DNA from: Pseudomonadota bacterium | Lineage (GTDB): Bacteria > Bdellovibrionota > Bdellovibrionia > Bdellovibrionales > Bdellovibrionaceae | Direction: 5' to 3' | NCBI GenBank assembly: GCA_041178425.1 | Contig: JBEGVH010000014.1 | Coordinates: 103,234 to 167,233 of the forward strand | Length of the DNA: 64,000 nt | Part shown: positions 1-10,119 of the stretch, one piece after another | Position numbering within the stretch: the stretch's first letter is position 1 | Layout: each line of letters starts with the position of its first letter | The notes under the pieces: generated by a model | The model's input: only the letters and a program-made list of their open reading frames with translations | What the model was told of the DNA's origin: nothing | The model's database searches: none | Translations under genes and position numbers: made by a program

Positions 1-778
1 TAGCAGGAACCAAAAGTTTTAATTGATTTTGAGTTTGAGAAACAAGAAGTGGGTGCTCAAAAGAACGATCTGAATTGGTGGTTAACACAATCTCTCGCCG
101 ACTCAAGTCAGTGATGATTTCGCGAGTCGGACGTAAACAACACAATTCGCCCTTATTTATGACCGCAATCCTATCACAAAGGGTTTCTGCTTCTTGTAGA
201 TAATGAGTGGTCAAAAGAATGGTGAGACCTTCACGATGCATTTCACGAACAAAGTCCCAAAGACCCTCTCGCAACTCAATATCAACACCAGCGGTAGGTT
301 CATCAAGCAATAAAAGCTTTGGTTTGTGAACAAGAGCTTTCGCAATCATCAATCTTCGCTTCATTCCGCCAGAAAGTTGTTTTACTTTTTTGTGACGATG
401 ATCCCATAAGCTGAGCTTGTTTAGAAGATAATCTATATGTTCTTGATTTTTGCGAACACCATAGTACCCCGATTGAAATTGCAAGATTTCTTGCACCTCA
501 AAAAAACCATGGGTCACAATTTCTTGGGGCACAACCCCAAGAAGTGGCTTTGTAAAATCAGATTGAGTAAGTACGTCATGGCCGAAAATTTTGGCCCCAC
601 CAGAACTGGGTTCTTCAAGCGTTGTAAGAATTGATATAAGAGACGTCTTCCCTGCCCCATTAGGCCCAAGCAATCCAAAGATTTCTCCCGCCTCGATCGA
701 AAAGCTAAGATTGTTAATGGCGCAAGTAGTTCCATAGGTCTTAGTTAGTGCTGAAACTTCTAGAGCTTTAGTTGCCAC
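1..778 (-). CDS. ABC transporter ATP-binding protein (YadG/multidrug-like), 3' end runs off the window
   Basis: Not in the ORF track. Manual translation from GTG at 778 gives MATKALEVSALTKTYG...GLLGPNGAGKTS (Walker A)...LSGGMKRRLMIAKAL...LLLLDEPTAGVD (signature and Walker B). Confidence 0.92.
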   Translation of the reverse strand, partial: MATKALEVSALTKTYGTTCAINNLSFSIEAGEIFGLLGPNGAGKTSLISILTTLEEPSSGGAKIFGHDVLTQSDFTKPLLGVVPQEIVTHGFFEVQEILQFQSGYYGVRKNQEHIDYLLNKLSLWDHRHKKVKQLSGGMKRRLMIAKALVHKPKLLLLDEPTAGVDIELREGLWDFVREMHREGLTILLTTHYLQEAETLCDRIAVINKGELCCLRPTREIITDLSRREIVLTTNSDRSFEHPLLVSQTQNQLKLLVPA

Positions 779-786
779 TGTTTAAA

Positions 787-2391
787 TTACCTCGCTCGAC
801 TGATCGATGTGTGAAATTCAACGTCTGGATTTTCTCTCCGTGCCCAGTTAAGATCCCACTCTTGATTGAGCAAAATAACTGGCTGATCAATGGAATCGCG
901 ATAGATGGTAAAACTACCCTTCAATTCATCCACCGGCTTGCCCTCTGCAGTGCGCGGCCAGCGAGCCACAGTATAAGGCGCTCGATTGAGCCGAACTTCT
1001 AAGTTGTACTCTTCTTGCATGCGATGAACAAGAACCTCAAATTGTAGTTCGCCCACAACACCAATCAATGGATCTTGTGGTCCAACATAGGGATCTATAA
1101 AAAGTTGAATGGCACCCTCTTCAGAAAGGTGCTTCAAAGCTTCTTGCATTTTTGATCGCTTAAGAGCATCGCGCACTGACATCCGGGCAAAAAGCTCGGG
1201 TGCAAATTTTGGAATGTCCTCAAAGAGAACCTCTCCCGACAATGCCACCGAATCTCCAATTTGAAAATTCCCCGTATCATTCACACCAACAATATCACCG
1301 GCATAAGCTTCATCGATTGTTGCGCGATCACCAGCAATAAATTGATTGGAGTATGCGAGGCGGAGCTCCCGGCCCAAACGCATGTGCTTTACCTTCATTC
1401 CTCGCTCAAATTTACCTGAACAAATTCGCAAAAAGGCAACTCGATCACGATGTCGCTTATCCATGTTGGCTTGGATTTTAAAAACAAATCCAGAAAAGTT
1501 TTGATCTAAAGGATCCATTTGCTTGCCATTACGAAGAGTGCGCGCCTGCGCCCCCGGAGCATACTTGCAGAAGAATTGTAGAAAGGTATCCACACCAAAG
1601 TTTTGCTTTGCACTTCCAAAAGTAACGGGACTGATCTTTCCCAGCAAAAACTCCTCAGGATGAAACTCTGGCAGAACTCCCTCGACTAGCTCAAGCTCTT
1701 CGCGGGCCTGAGCCAGAATTTCGGCATCGATGAGAGAATCTAGCTGGGTATCATTGATTCCTGTGGTCTGCAAAACCGTTACGTCACGATCATCCTCGCG
1801 ACGTTGATCATAAAGAATAACCTCTTTATTCCATCGATTATAAATACCGCGAAAACGCTGACCGATTCCGATGGGCCAAGTCACTGGATGGCAACTCATT
1901 CCAAGAGTTGATTCGATTTCGTCGATGAGATCGAGGGGCGATTTTCCCTCACGGTCTAATTTATTTACAAAGGTAAAAATAGGAATGTGTCGATAGCGAC
2001 AAACATCGTAGAGTTTTCGGGTTCTCTCTTCGACCCCCTTGGCCACGTCTATCAACATCGTAGCACTATCAACCGCCATTAACACTCTGTAAGTGTCTTC
2101 TGAGAAATCTTTGTGACCGGGAGTATCTAGAAGATTCACACAGAGATCTTCATACTTAAAGGTCATGACGGAAGAAGTGATGGAAATCCCTTTTTGCTTT
2201 TCGAGTTCCATCCAATCGGAGGTGGCGGCCTTTGTGCCCGACTTACCCTTAACCTCACCAGCCTCGTGGATCACTCCGCCATGATAGAGCAGTTTCTCTG
2301 TTAGAGTCGTCTTTCCCGCATCAGGATGCGAAATAATCGCAAACGTACGGCGTTTCAATATCTCTTGGCGCTCCGGACCGGCATAAAGCAT
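787..2391 (-). CDS. prfC: Peptide chain release factor 3
   Basis: RRTFAIISHPDAGKTTLTEKLL, DTPGHKDFSEDTYR, NKLD, GELQFEV; 534 aa. Confidence 0.98.
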   Translation of the reverse strand: MLYAGPERQEILKRRTFAIISHPDAGKTTLTEKLLYHGGVIHEAGEVKGKSGTKAATSDWMELEKQKGISITSSVMTFKYEDLCVNLLDTPGHKDFSEDTYRVLMAVDSATMLIDVAKGVEERTRKLYDVCRYRHIPIFTFVNKLDREGKSPLDLIDEIESTLGMSCHPVTWPIGIGQRFRGIYNRWNKEVILYDQRREDDRDVTVLQTTGINDTQLDSLIDAEILAQAREELELVEGVLPEFHPEEFLLGKISPVTFGSAKQNFGVDTFLQFFCKYAPGAQARTLRNGKQMDPLDQNFSGFVFKIQANMDKRHRDRVAFLRICSGKFERGMKVKHMRLGRELRLAYSNQFIAGDRATIDEAYAGDIVGVNDTGNFQIGDSVALSGEVLFEDIPKFAPELFARMSVRDALKRSKMQEALKHLSEEGAIQLFIDPYVGPQDPLIGVVGELQFEVLVHRMQEEYNLEVRLNRAPYTVARWPRTAEGKPVDELKGSFTIYRDSIDQPVILLNQEWDLNWARRENPDVEFHTSISRAR

Positions 2392-2542
2392 TCTACAAAA
2401 CTCCTGAATTCGAAAGCTTCATAAATACTTGGTTCTGAGCACGAAATCTATCGAGAAGATCTTGGCTTTTGCCACACAGCGCATTTAGCCTTTTTAGGCG
2501 CAATCTACATTCTTGGAGCCTCTTTTAAGCTCCAAACGCCAA

Positions 2543-3157
2543 CTAATTAATTTCTAGCCAAATTTCATTTCGCCGTAAAAACCAGAGTTGATAAGGGGAG
2601 TTATAGCGAGCAAAGGTTGGCTGGCCTATGGTTTTTAAACCATCGCGCTCCAAAGTTCGTTGCAGCAGGTTCAACTTTTCGTTGTATCTTTCTTCGGTCC
2701 ATCGACCCGAATAGACAAGGACCGCCCTTTTTTTGGCTGGAATCTGTCGAATTTGAACGCTTGGATCTAGTGGTTCGGGAAGAGTCTCCATAGAGTAGCT
2801 TTTTGGCATCGTGAATTGAATTATAAAAGTGCCTTCTTTATCCCCGGAATTTATTTGTGTTACAGGAGCTGTCATTGCGATTTTTTCAGTCTCTGGCTCC
2901 TGGATCACTGGTGCGGTCATGTCGATTTTCTTTTTCGATTTGTTATTTCCAAAGATAAACGCAGCAAGGGTTCGAAAAGCAGTGTTCCCTGCTGAATCGA
3001 AATTTCCTTGAACTTCAACCTGAGCAACGAGAATAGGTTCGTATCTCCTCACTTCATAAACTTCATTTTTAGTAACTACTTCGAATGAAGGCTCCTCAAT
3101 CGCCATGACCTCTCCTGAGTTGAATAATACTAATAAAAATAGAATCAAAAACTTCAT
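2543..3157 (-). CDS. SOUL heme-binding family protein with signal peptide
   Basis: IEEPSFEV, YEVRRY, AFRTLAAFIFG, KIAMTAPV, FARYNSP...RRNEIW. Start chosen at MKFLILF (3157); the ORF track extends to 3178. Confidence 0.88.
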   Translation of the reverse strand: MKFLILFLLVLFNSGEVMAIEEPSFEVVTKNEVYEVRRYEPILVAQVEVQGNFDSAGNTAFRTLAAFIFGNNKSKKKIDMTAPVIQEPETEKIAMTAPVTQINSGDKEGTFIIQFTMPKSYSMETLPEPLDPSVQIRQIPAKKRAVLVYSGRWTEERYNEKLNLLQRTLERDGLKTIGQPTFARYNSPYQLWFLRRNEIWLEIN

Positions 3158-3170
3158 AATGTACTCCCCA

Positions 3171-5042
3171 TTACCCAAGAACTGTTTCTAGCAGAATAAG
3201 GATGATCCCTATAATGGATCCCCCAGCAATGACCCCTGCGGCCGTTGTCTCTTGATTTTCCACCATAGCTTTATAGCCAAGACTCGTCTTGTCTGTGCAT
3301 TTTTTGCCAGCAAGCCAGAAGACCAATGTTCCCAGCGACATAGAAAGTGCGTCGGTAAAGCGCAATACAAAGCCTAATCCAAGGCCAACGCCCGAAACAG
3401 GAAAACGTCCGTGAGTTTTTTGACTGAGAACTTCGAGAACAATTCCCAAGATCGCACCAACGAGGGCGCCAAACTGAGCCGTCGGATGCAAGGTGCTCAA
3501 ACCATTAGTCAGAGCCTCGGCCACCCCTTTCCATATCATCGCGCCAGGCAATGGCATTTTGTCGGAGGTAAAAAGAGAGATATCTCCCTTGAAAATCATG
3601 TAAAACACAGGAACAGCAACCAGAGACCCGGCAATCACTCCTAGAACGTGACCTACCGCCTGGTGCCTTGGTTTTCCACCAAGCATGTAGGCAGGCTTTA
3701 CATCCATCAAAAGATTACTAGCGTTGAGGCTCACATCAGATGTTATTCCGGCTGTCATTAAATTCGTCGTCACATTACCGGGGGCCAAAAGGCTGTAGGT
3801 AATTTGAGTTAATTTACCCAGAGCTCCACCGGGAGTGATCGCCGTTAGGCCCGTGGATGTGACAGCAATGAGTGTGAATAGAAAAACCAATGGGATCGCT
3901 AAAATTGCCAACCACCAATGGATACCAAACCAAGCGCTCGCCATATAGACCGTCACTGCACCAACGAGAGGAATCCCAACCACAAAAAGCCACATTGGGA
4001 GTTCAATGTCTTCGAGGATGTCTTTCTTTTTTGGCCCCTTCGAAAAAACTTTCGAAAAGGCCTCAACAATAATCTGCGGTTTTGAGAAGAAAGAATAGAG
4101 GGAGGCCGTTGTCATCATGGAAGCTCCACACCATAAAGACCACATCGTAATCGCCTTAAACTTAGCTTCTGGAATAATCCCATGGCTGATTAAGAATGGG
4201 GCTAAAATAAAATAATTCACAAAGGCGCCCAGCAAAATCGACATCGATGTTTTCATGTTCATCAATCCACCAGTGCCTGCCATTACAATCGAGGAGTCCC
4301 ACTGAATAGTTAGATTTTTGAGCGGAATATCCATCAGTTTTGGAGTAACAAACTTATAAACAATATCATCCCAATACTGAGGAAGTGTTAAAAACTTAAG
4401 TTTAAGAGTGCCCATGAAAGACTCACTTCGCATCATCTCTATTAATGCAGATAATCCGGCTCCGCCCAAAAGTAGTTTAGCCTTAAATGTGCCTTCGGCC
4501 CCCTGATCACTATGAAGGCTATCCAACACAACCCCTGCCGCGTACCCCTCAGGAAAAGGCAATTGCTCATCATTGATGAATCGTTTTTTCAGAGGAAAAG
4601 CAAAAAGAACTCCAAGAACAGCGAGAGAAATAATCCAAGGAATGACATGCCACATAGGTATCACCTGATTTGTGACCATCATGTACGCTGGAATCGAGGC
4701 GCACAGAGGTGCTGTCATATATCCCGCACTGGTAGCGATCGACTGCATGGCGTTGTTTTCGAGAATAGACATCTCAGAGCCAATCTTAAGCCGTGAGAGA
4801 ATTCGAAAAATCCCATAAGAAATCACAACCGATGAAATTCCAACTCCGAGAGTCCACCCCGTTTTAATCCCGATATAAAGATTCGTCATACTGAGCACAC
4901 AGCCAAGAAGCATTCCTGTGATCGCCGACCGAAAGTTTAATTGAGGCATATCACCCTTATAAACATTCTCCAGCCACCAACGATCTTTCTCTTCTAAGGT
5001 CATTGTTCGAATTTGCTCTGGCGTTAGTTCTTTGATGGCCAT
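3171..5042 (-). CDS. OPT/YSL family oligopeptide transporter
   Basis: NLYIGIKTG, ENNAMQSIATSAG, LPFPEG, many TM segments; GGAGG upstream of ATG 5042 (ORF track starts at 5063). Confidence 0.92.
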   Translation of the reverse strand: MAIKELTPEQIRTMTLEEKDRWWLENVYKGDMPQLNFRSAITGMLLGCVLSMTNLYIGIKTGWTLGVGISSVVISYGIFRILSRLKIGSEMSILENNAMQSIATSAGYMTAPLCASIPAYMMVTNQVIPMWHVIPWIISLAVLGVLFAFPLKKRFINDEQLPFPEGYAAGVVLDSLHSDQGAEGTFKAKLLLGGAGLSALIEMMRSESFMGTLKLKFLTLPQYWDDIVYKFVTPKLMDIPLKNLTIQWDSSIVMAGTGGLMNMKTSMSILLGAFVNYFILAPFLISHGIIPEAKFKAITMWSLWCGASMMTTASLYSFFSKPQIIVEAFSKVFSKGPKKKDILEDIELPMWLFVVGIPLVGAVTVYMASAWFGIHWWLAILAIPLVFLFTLIAVTSTGLTAITPGGALGKLTQITYSLLAPGNVTTNLMTAGITSDVSLNASNLLMDVKPAYMLGGKPRHQAVGHVLGVIAGSLVAVPVFYMIFKGDISLFTSDKMPLPGAMIWKGVAEALTNGLSTLHPTAQFGALVGAILGIVLEVLSQKTHGRFPVSGVGLGLGFVLRFTDALSMSLGTLVFWLAGKKCTDKTSLGYKAMVENQETTAAGVIAGGSIIGIILILLETVLG

Positions 5043-5254
5043 TAATCCTCCCGAGATCCGCATTCATTCAAGGTTTCTTACGTCGGCAAGTATGTACAAA
5101 ACCCTATTAACTTGTCTACAGATTGATCGGGTATTTTTAAATGGAAGCACGAGGGTCATAAACCTCATGGCCAAATAATCCTATCAAAAAGTACCTCATT
5201 AAATCTTGAATTTAAAGTTGAGTCCTTAAACGACTTGGCTTAGGGTCTTAGGTC

Positions 5255-6502
5255 ATGAAATCACATTATAAACTAATCATCAGTCTTTTCCTTGGTGCGA
5301 TCTTTGGCCTTCTCCTCCATCCAGCCTACGAATCTCCTTTTGCCCAGGGACTTAATAATTATTTTTTTGAACCAATGGGCCAAATCTTCCTCAGAAGTAT
5401 TTTTATGATCGTGGTTCCAATGGTGGTGAGCGGTTTGATTGTGGGCGTTTACCAGCTCACCTCCCACCATGGCCTTGCAAAGGTCGCGCGTCGCACTCTC
5501 TTCTACACCCTGATTGCAAGTTCGGCCTCTGTGATTATTGGGGTGGTTTTCGTGAACAGCTTGCGGCCCGGCGATGGACTAAATTTACCGACACTCTCCT
5601 CTACTGCCTCGGCCAATATCGAAAAAATACAAAAAAATGTCTCTGATTCAAAACCGGCTATTCAGGCTCTCATTGAGATAATTCCCAAAAACCCCCTCGA
5701 AGCTGCCACAAAAGCATTTGATGGCGAGATGCTAGCGCTTATGTTCTTTTCTTTAATCTTTGGAGTCGCACTCTGCAAGCAAGGCCCCGCAGATCAAACT
5801 CCCCGCTGGGTCGATCTTTTCGAGGAATGTTACTCCACCTGTATGAAGATTGTCGAATGGGTCATGAAACTCGCCCCATACGCCGTCTTTGCCCTTGTTT
5901 TTCAATCTACTTTTAAATTTGGAATTCAAATTTTACTTTCACTTGGTTTTTATGTTTTTGTGGTCGTCGCGGCTTTGCTCGCACAACAACTTGTTGTGTA
6001 TTCGCTTCTATTAAAATCATTCACCAATTGGTCACCACTCACTTTTTTTAAAGAATGTCGTGAAGTTTATCTCTATGCTTTTGCCACGGCATCTTCCAAT
6101 GCCACACTTCCAAGATCACTCGAAGTGGCAGAGCATCGCCTGAAGCTAACTCCAGAGATTTCGCGTTTTGTATTAACTATTGGAAGCACAGCTAACCAGA
6201 ATGGAACAGCCCTCTTTGAAGGGATCACAGTTCTTTTTCTTGCACAGGTTTATGGAATTCAACTTGATTTAGCCCAACAAGTGAAAGTCGTACTGATGTC
6301 GATATTGGCGGGAATTGGGACCGCTGGCGTACCCGGCGGATCTTTGCCATTAATAATGATCCTCATTCAACAAATGGGAATCCCTGCTGAAGGAATGGGA
6401 CTTATCATGGGTGTCGATCGATTTCTTGATATGTGCCGAACAACCCTCAATGTTAGCGGTGACTTAGTTATTGCCGCACTCGTCGACGAAAAGAAAGCAT
6501 AA
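5255..6502 (+). CDS. Dicarboxylate/amino acid:cation symporter (GltP/DAACS family)
   Basis: AFATASSNATLP, STANQNGTAL, GTAGVPG, VDRFLDMCRTTLNVSGD. Confidence 0.95.
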   Translation: MKSHYKLIISLFLGAIFGLLLHPAYESPFAQGLNNYFFEPMGQIFLRSIFMIVVPMVVSGLIVGVYQLTSHHGLAKVARRTLFYTLIASSASVIIGVVFVNSLRPGDGLNLPTLSSTASANIEKIQKNVSDSKPAIQALIEIIPKNPLEAATKAFDGEMLALMFFSLIFGVALCKQGPADQTPRWVDLFEECYSTCMKIVEWVMKLAPYAVFALVFQSTFKFGIQILLSLGFYVFVVVAALLAQQLVVYSLLLKSFTNWSPLTFFKECREVYLYAFATASSNATLPRSLEVAEHRLKLTPEISRFVLTIGSTANQNGTALFEGITVLFLAQVYGIQLDLAQQVKVVLMSILAGIGTAGVPGGSLPLIMILIQQMGIPAEGMGLIMGVDRFLDMCRTTLNVSGDLVIAALVDEKKA

Positions 6503-6511
6503 GGAGCCAAC

Positions 6512-7735
6512 ATGAATTTGATCATCACCACGGTACTTTTAATTACGAGCTCTGTAGCCACCGCTAAAGCACCGCCTCACCTGGATATCGAAATGAGCGG
6601 GTACGAGTACGAAAAACTCATTGCCTGGGACCAACTCGAATTAGAGAACCAGGGTAGAAAACATGCTTTTGACGATATTTTTGTTACTGGCAAACGCAAC
6701 CTAGATTGGATTCGACTGCTTAACCAAAATCGAATCGACAAAATTTCGCTCAGCACTCCAGAATCGCAACAGGGTTTCCCAATCAATAATCCCCGTGTTT
6801 ATAATCCAGAAATTATCCGAGCATCTTATAACGATCTGAAAGAAAAAATGCCCGAATCACTTCGCACCATTATTTTCAGCTCAACTCCCTTGCCACCGCA
6901 GCTTCCGAGCTCCCTTGAGGAATACATAACATGGGGTCTTGAAGTGGATCGCGTTTATCAGATTGCAGCAAGATGGAGAACCCTTGAACCCTATCGTGAA
7001 CATTTACTCATGAATGGCGTGAAAGACATTCGAGGCTATCATTTTATTACTTCAAATACTGATTTGATGTCCCGCCTCAAAAACTGGAACTCACTGGCCA
7101 CCGAAGAGAAACCTCTCGTTACCCAATGGCTCAATCAGGTTTGCTCCAATCACCTGCGCGATACAAACCAATGCAGCACCCTCACTCAAAGGGCTATTCA
7201 AAAAAATCAGGCCCTTTCCTTTTTTGAAAGTCATCGGGCTGGAAGCGAAGAAATTATCTCCGAAATGATGCATATTCCTGACGATGGCAAATTTGGATCA
7301 GTCAAATGGGAAACACAGAATGAAGTAAAAGTGCCTTTTAAAGACCCCATCGATTTGAATATGCGCTCCTATTTGCTCAACAACATCGAACAGGAATGGA
7401 ATTACTCCCCCTTTTCGCTCAAAATTAATTGGGTTCCCCAAAATGCCTATGGAGTAGAGGTCATTTGGAGCCCTGGTGTCACTCCGCATGTTCCCGGACT
7501 TGGATCCCATCAAATTTATATGGATGCAAACGCACCAATTTCTGAATATGACGTTCAGTGGACCATTCGACATGAATTTGGCCATGTATTGGGGTTTCCT
7601 GATTGCTACTTGGAATTTTACGATCCATCGCTGAGTGCCATCGTTGCTTACCAGCTCGATACCAGCGATCTCATGTGTTCACGCCGCGGCCATTTGAAAG
7701 AGCGTCACGTAGAAGAAATAAGAAAGACCTACTAA
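6512..7735 (+). CDS. Secreted putative metzincin-type Zn metallopeptidase
   Basis: Signal peptide; HEFGHVLGFPD (HExxHxxGxxD) followed by a Met-turn-like DLMCS; AAGGAG RBS. Confidence 0.7.
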   Translation: MNLIITTVLLITSSVATAKAPPHLDIEMSGYEYEKLIAWDQLELENQGRKHAFDDIFVTGKRNLDWIRLLNQNRIDKISLSTPESQQGFPINNPRVYNPEIIRASYNDLKEKMPESLRTIIFSSTPLPPQLPSSLEEYITWGLEVDRVYQIAARWRTLEPYREHLLMNGVKDIRGYHFITSNTDLMSRLKNWNSLATEEKPLVTQWLNQVCSNHLRDTNQCSTLTQRAIQKNQALSFFESHRAGSEEIISEMMHIPDDGKFGSVKWETQNEVKVPFKDPIDLNMRSYLLNNIEQEWNYSPFSLKINWVPQNAYGVEVIWSPGVTPHVPGLGSHQIYMDANAPISEYDVQWTIRHEFGHVLGFPDCYLEFYDPSLSAIVAYQLDTSDLMCSRRGHLKERHVEEIRKTY

Positions 7736-7841
7736 GCAACTGGGGGGCCATTTAATTGTTTTAAAAGTGACAATTTCGGGCCTTTAGTTTCATAAATCGA
7801 CACTCCATCACACCAAGGTCAAATAAAATTGATTTAAGAAG

Positions 7842-7857
7842 TGGAATGGGTTGTGCA
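7842..7857 (+). promoter_or_regulatory. Possible sigma54 promoter (-24/-12)
   Basis: TGGAAT-GGGTT-GTGCA: GG-N10-GC spacing is correct, but three positions differ from TGGCAC-N5-TTGCA. Confidence 0.35.
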
Positions 7858-7924
7858 CCCTCCGCCCCTATTTGCCAGTCAACAAAATTGATTTTCGTGG
7901 CAAGGACCGACTAAGGAGCGTTGT

Positions 7925-9244
7925 GTGAAAAACCTTTGGAACTTAAAATTCTTTAACAATACCCTCTTAATGGTGTGCCTCAGCCTGACGGCCTTTGCTG
8001 ATGGGGGCGGCAATAACCACATTCAACAGGAACTCAGAAATAAAACAGAAGGCCAAATTCTCGACCTCATCCGCTCTCACTTAGACACAATGAGCATGAG
8101 CGCAGATTATCGGTTCCAGAGGGACGCAGCAGTTATTGCTATAGGTTGCAATACAATCCCATCTGTTTTCTATAAGCAAAAGGCCAAATGTTTTAGAGAT
8201 CATTTAAAACAAATTAAAGACCTCACCGGCAACCGCTCCAACGAGTTACGTTTTGGAAATCTCGTTGATTCGGTCTGTTCTGCCGTACAAAGCACTCTCA
8301 CCACCAACGAGAGGCACAATAGAATTAACCCATGGATCCTCACCTACTCCAATTGCATGAGCAAGCTTGTCACTGCCCTTGGAGAAAAGAACCCTCTGAC
8401 CCCTATCTTTGGCTCATGTGAACGCTCCGGTTCTATGCAAGACTATGTGGAAAAACCAAATTGCTACCACGAGAAGGTTCCTCGCGTGGAGGATTCCCTC
8501 GAGTATCTTCCAAAAACCAATAGCGCTTCGGTTCAACTCAGCGACATGAACGGCCTTTTTCTGGACTCCGTTGTTTCAACGACACCCCTCTTACCGCCAC
8601 GATCGGCGCTCGATATTCAAAAAGTTGACTCCCTCTATGCCTCCTGCACCTCGCTCAACACGAACGATCTGCCGGCTGGAGAGAAAGGACGTGTCGCTCC
8701 CAATATGGATACCTATTCGATCTTTCGCGAAATCAATTGTTTTCGAGATGGCCTATTTGCGATCGCCTATGGAGCAACAGTTCCAGGAACCATTATGGCC
8801 GCTTGCCGCGAACGAATACCAGGGGTTGAAGTTCTCAGAACCAAATGGCGTGATATCAATCCCTCTCTCAAAGAGACCGATTGGAACTTGATCGAAACAC
8901 GCGACTTTAAAACTATTTGTCTTCGAAATGGTGTGTTAAATTCGGGTGATAAAAACTACGAATCTATCGCCGAAGATTCAGGTCGCTATCTCTTTGAAGG
9001 AGCTGTGAACTTGTTTGGTGGATGGATTTGGGACTCCTCTGTTTATGAAGACGAACTTGCGCTCTATAATGAACAAAAACTTATAACTCGTAGTGAAGAG
9101 GAGCGTAAGAGCCAAAAGCTCATTTCGAATCTGAATGAACTATCGGCTGATGATCTTTCAGTTTTAGCTGCCGCAGCGAAAAAGGCACGAGATATCAAAC
9201 TCAACAATCAGAATACTCAAACACCCTCCGAACCGATGCCCTAA
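7925..9244 (+). CDS. Secreted hypothetical protein with five Cys pairs
   Basis: GTG start after AAGGAG; signal peptide ending TAFA; 10 Cys in the mature region. Confidence 0.8.
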   Translation: MKNLWNLKFFNNTLLMVCLSLTAFADGGGNNHIQQELRNKTEGQILDLIRSHLDTMSMSADYRFQRDAAVIAIGCNTIPSVFYKQKAKCFRDHLKQIKDLTGNRSNELRFGNLVDSVCSAVQSTLTTNERHNRINPWILTYSNCMSKLVTALGEKNPLTPIFGSCERSGSMQDYVEKPNCYHEKVPRVEDSLEYLPKTNSASVQLSDMNGLFLDSVVSTTPLLPPRSALDIQKVDSLYASCTSLNTNDLPAGEKGRVAPNMDTYSIFREINCFRDGLFAIAYGATVPGTIMAACRERIPGVEVLRTKWRDINPSLKETDWNLIETRDFKTICLRNGVLNSGDKNYESIAEDSGRYLFEGAVNLFGGWIWDSSVYEDELALYNEQKLITRSEEERKSQKLISNLNELSADDLSVLAAAAKKARDIKLNNQNTQTPSEPMP

Positions 9245-9274
9245 ACTCATTTTTCAACCAAAGAGCTAAAACCC

Positions 9275-9306
9275 AGAGGGCTGCCACATCTGCCCTCTTT
9301 TTTTTT
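9275..9306 (+). terminator. Rho-independent terminator
   Basis: AGAGGGC-N10-GCCCTCT followed by a T run. Confidence 0.8.
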
Positions 9307-9312
9307 GAAGGT

Positions 9313-9348
9313 TAGACAAGAGCCACTAACTTGATTATGTTAAATCAA
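9313..9348 (+). promoter_or_regulatory. Putative sigma70 promoter overlapped by a palindromic operator
   Basis: TAGACA-N17-TATGTT; TTGATT-N6-AATCAA inverted repeat at 9331-9348. Confidence 0.45.
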
Positions 9349-9366
9349 CGTACAAATTAGGGGGCG

Positions 9367-10119
9367 ATGATGGCGATCACAAATTTTAAAAATAAAACTG
9401 TTTTTATTTCTGGTGCCGGTTCGGGAATTGGCGCAGCGACAGCCCTTCTTTTTGCGCAACATCAAGCTCATCTTATTCTCATCGGGCGAAGAATTGAAAA
9501 TCTGCAACAAACCTCCTTAGCGGCAAAACAGTTTGGTGCCAAAGTCGATTTGTTAAGTCTTGATATTAACAACCTTGATGAAATTCGGGCGTTCTTTTCT
9601 CGAATCGACCGTTTGGATATAGCCGTCAACAATGCCGGCATCGAAGGTGCCGTTGGTGATACTCTCGATCTGACCGAAGCTGATTTCAACCATGTTATGG
9701 ACACCAACGTTAAAGCTTTGTGGGTTTGCATGCAGGAACAAATTAAATGGTTTCGCCAACACAACCAACCAGGCAACATTGTTAATATCTCATCGATTGC
9801 CGGAATCCGTGGTTTTGCAGAGTCTGGACTTTACGTCACAAGTAAACATGCGGTGATTGGTATGAGCCAAGCCATCGCGCTCGAGCAAATCAAACACAAC
9901 ATTCGTATCAATGTTGTTTCACCCGGATCAATTGATACACCAATGCTCAATCGCCTCTTCCCCAACGCTGCTGCAGAAATGGGACCCTCTCAGCCCATGA
10001 AACGAATCGGTAAACCCGAAGAAATTGCTGAGGTCATACTCTGGCTGGCGTCGGAACAGTCAAGCTTTGTGGTCGGTCACAATCTCGTGGTTGATGGCGG
10101 CCGAACTATTTCTGGCTAA
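9367..10119 (+). CDS. Short-chain dehydrogenase/reductase (SDR)
   Basis: SGAGSGIG, NNAG, YVTSK (YxxxK), VSPGSIDT, VDGG. Confidence 0.95.
   Translation: MMAITNFKNKTVFISGAGSGIGAATALLFAQHQAHLILIGRRIENLQQTSLAAKQFGAKVDLLSLDINNLDEIRAFFSRIDRLDIAVNNAGIEGAVGDTLDLTEADFNHVMDTNVKALWVCMQEQIKWFRQHNQPGNIVNISSIAGIRGFAESGLYVTSKHAVIGMSQAIALEQIKHNIRINVVSPGSIDTPMLNRLFPNAAAEMGPSQPMKRIGKPEEIAEVILWLASEQSSFVVGHNLVVDGGRTISG

Noticed and set aside
514..735. ORF-track 73-aa minus-strand ORF MELLAPLTIL...
   Set aside because: Wrong frame; the overlapping frame from GTG 778 encodes a clear ABC ATPase
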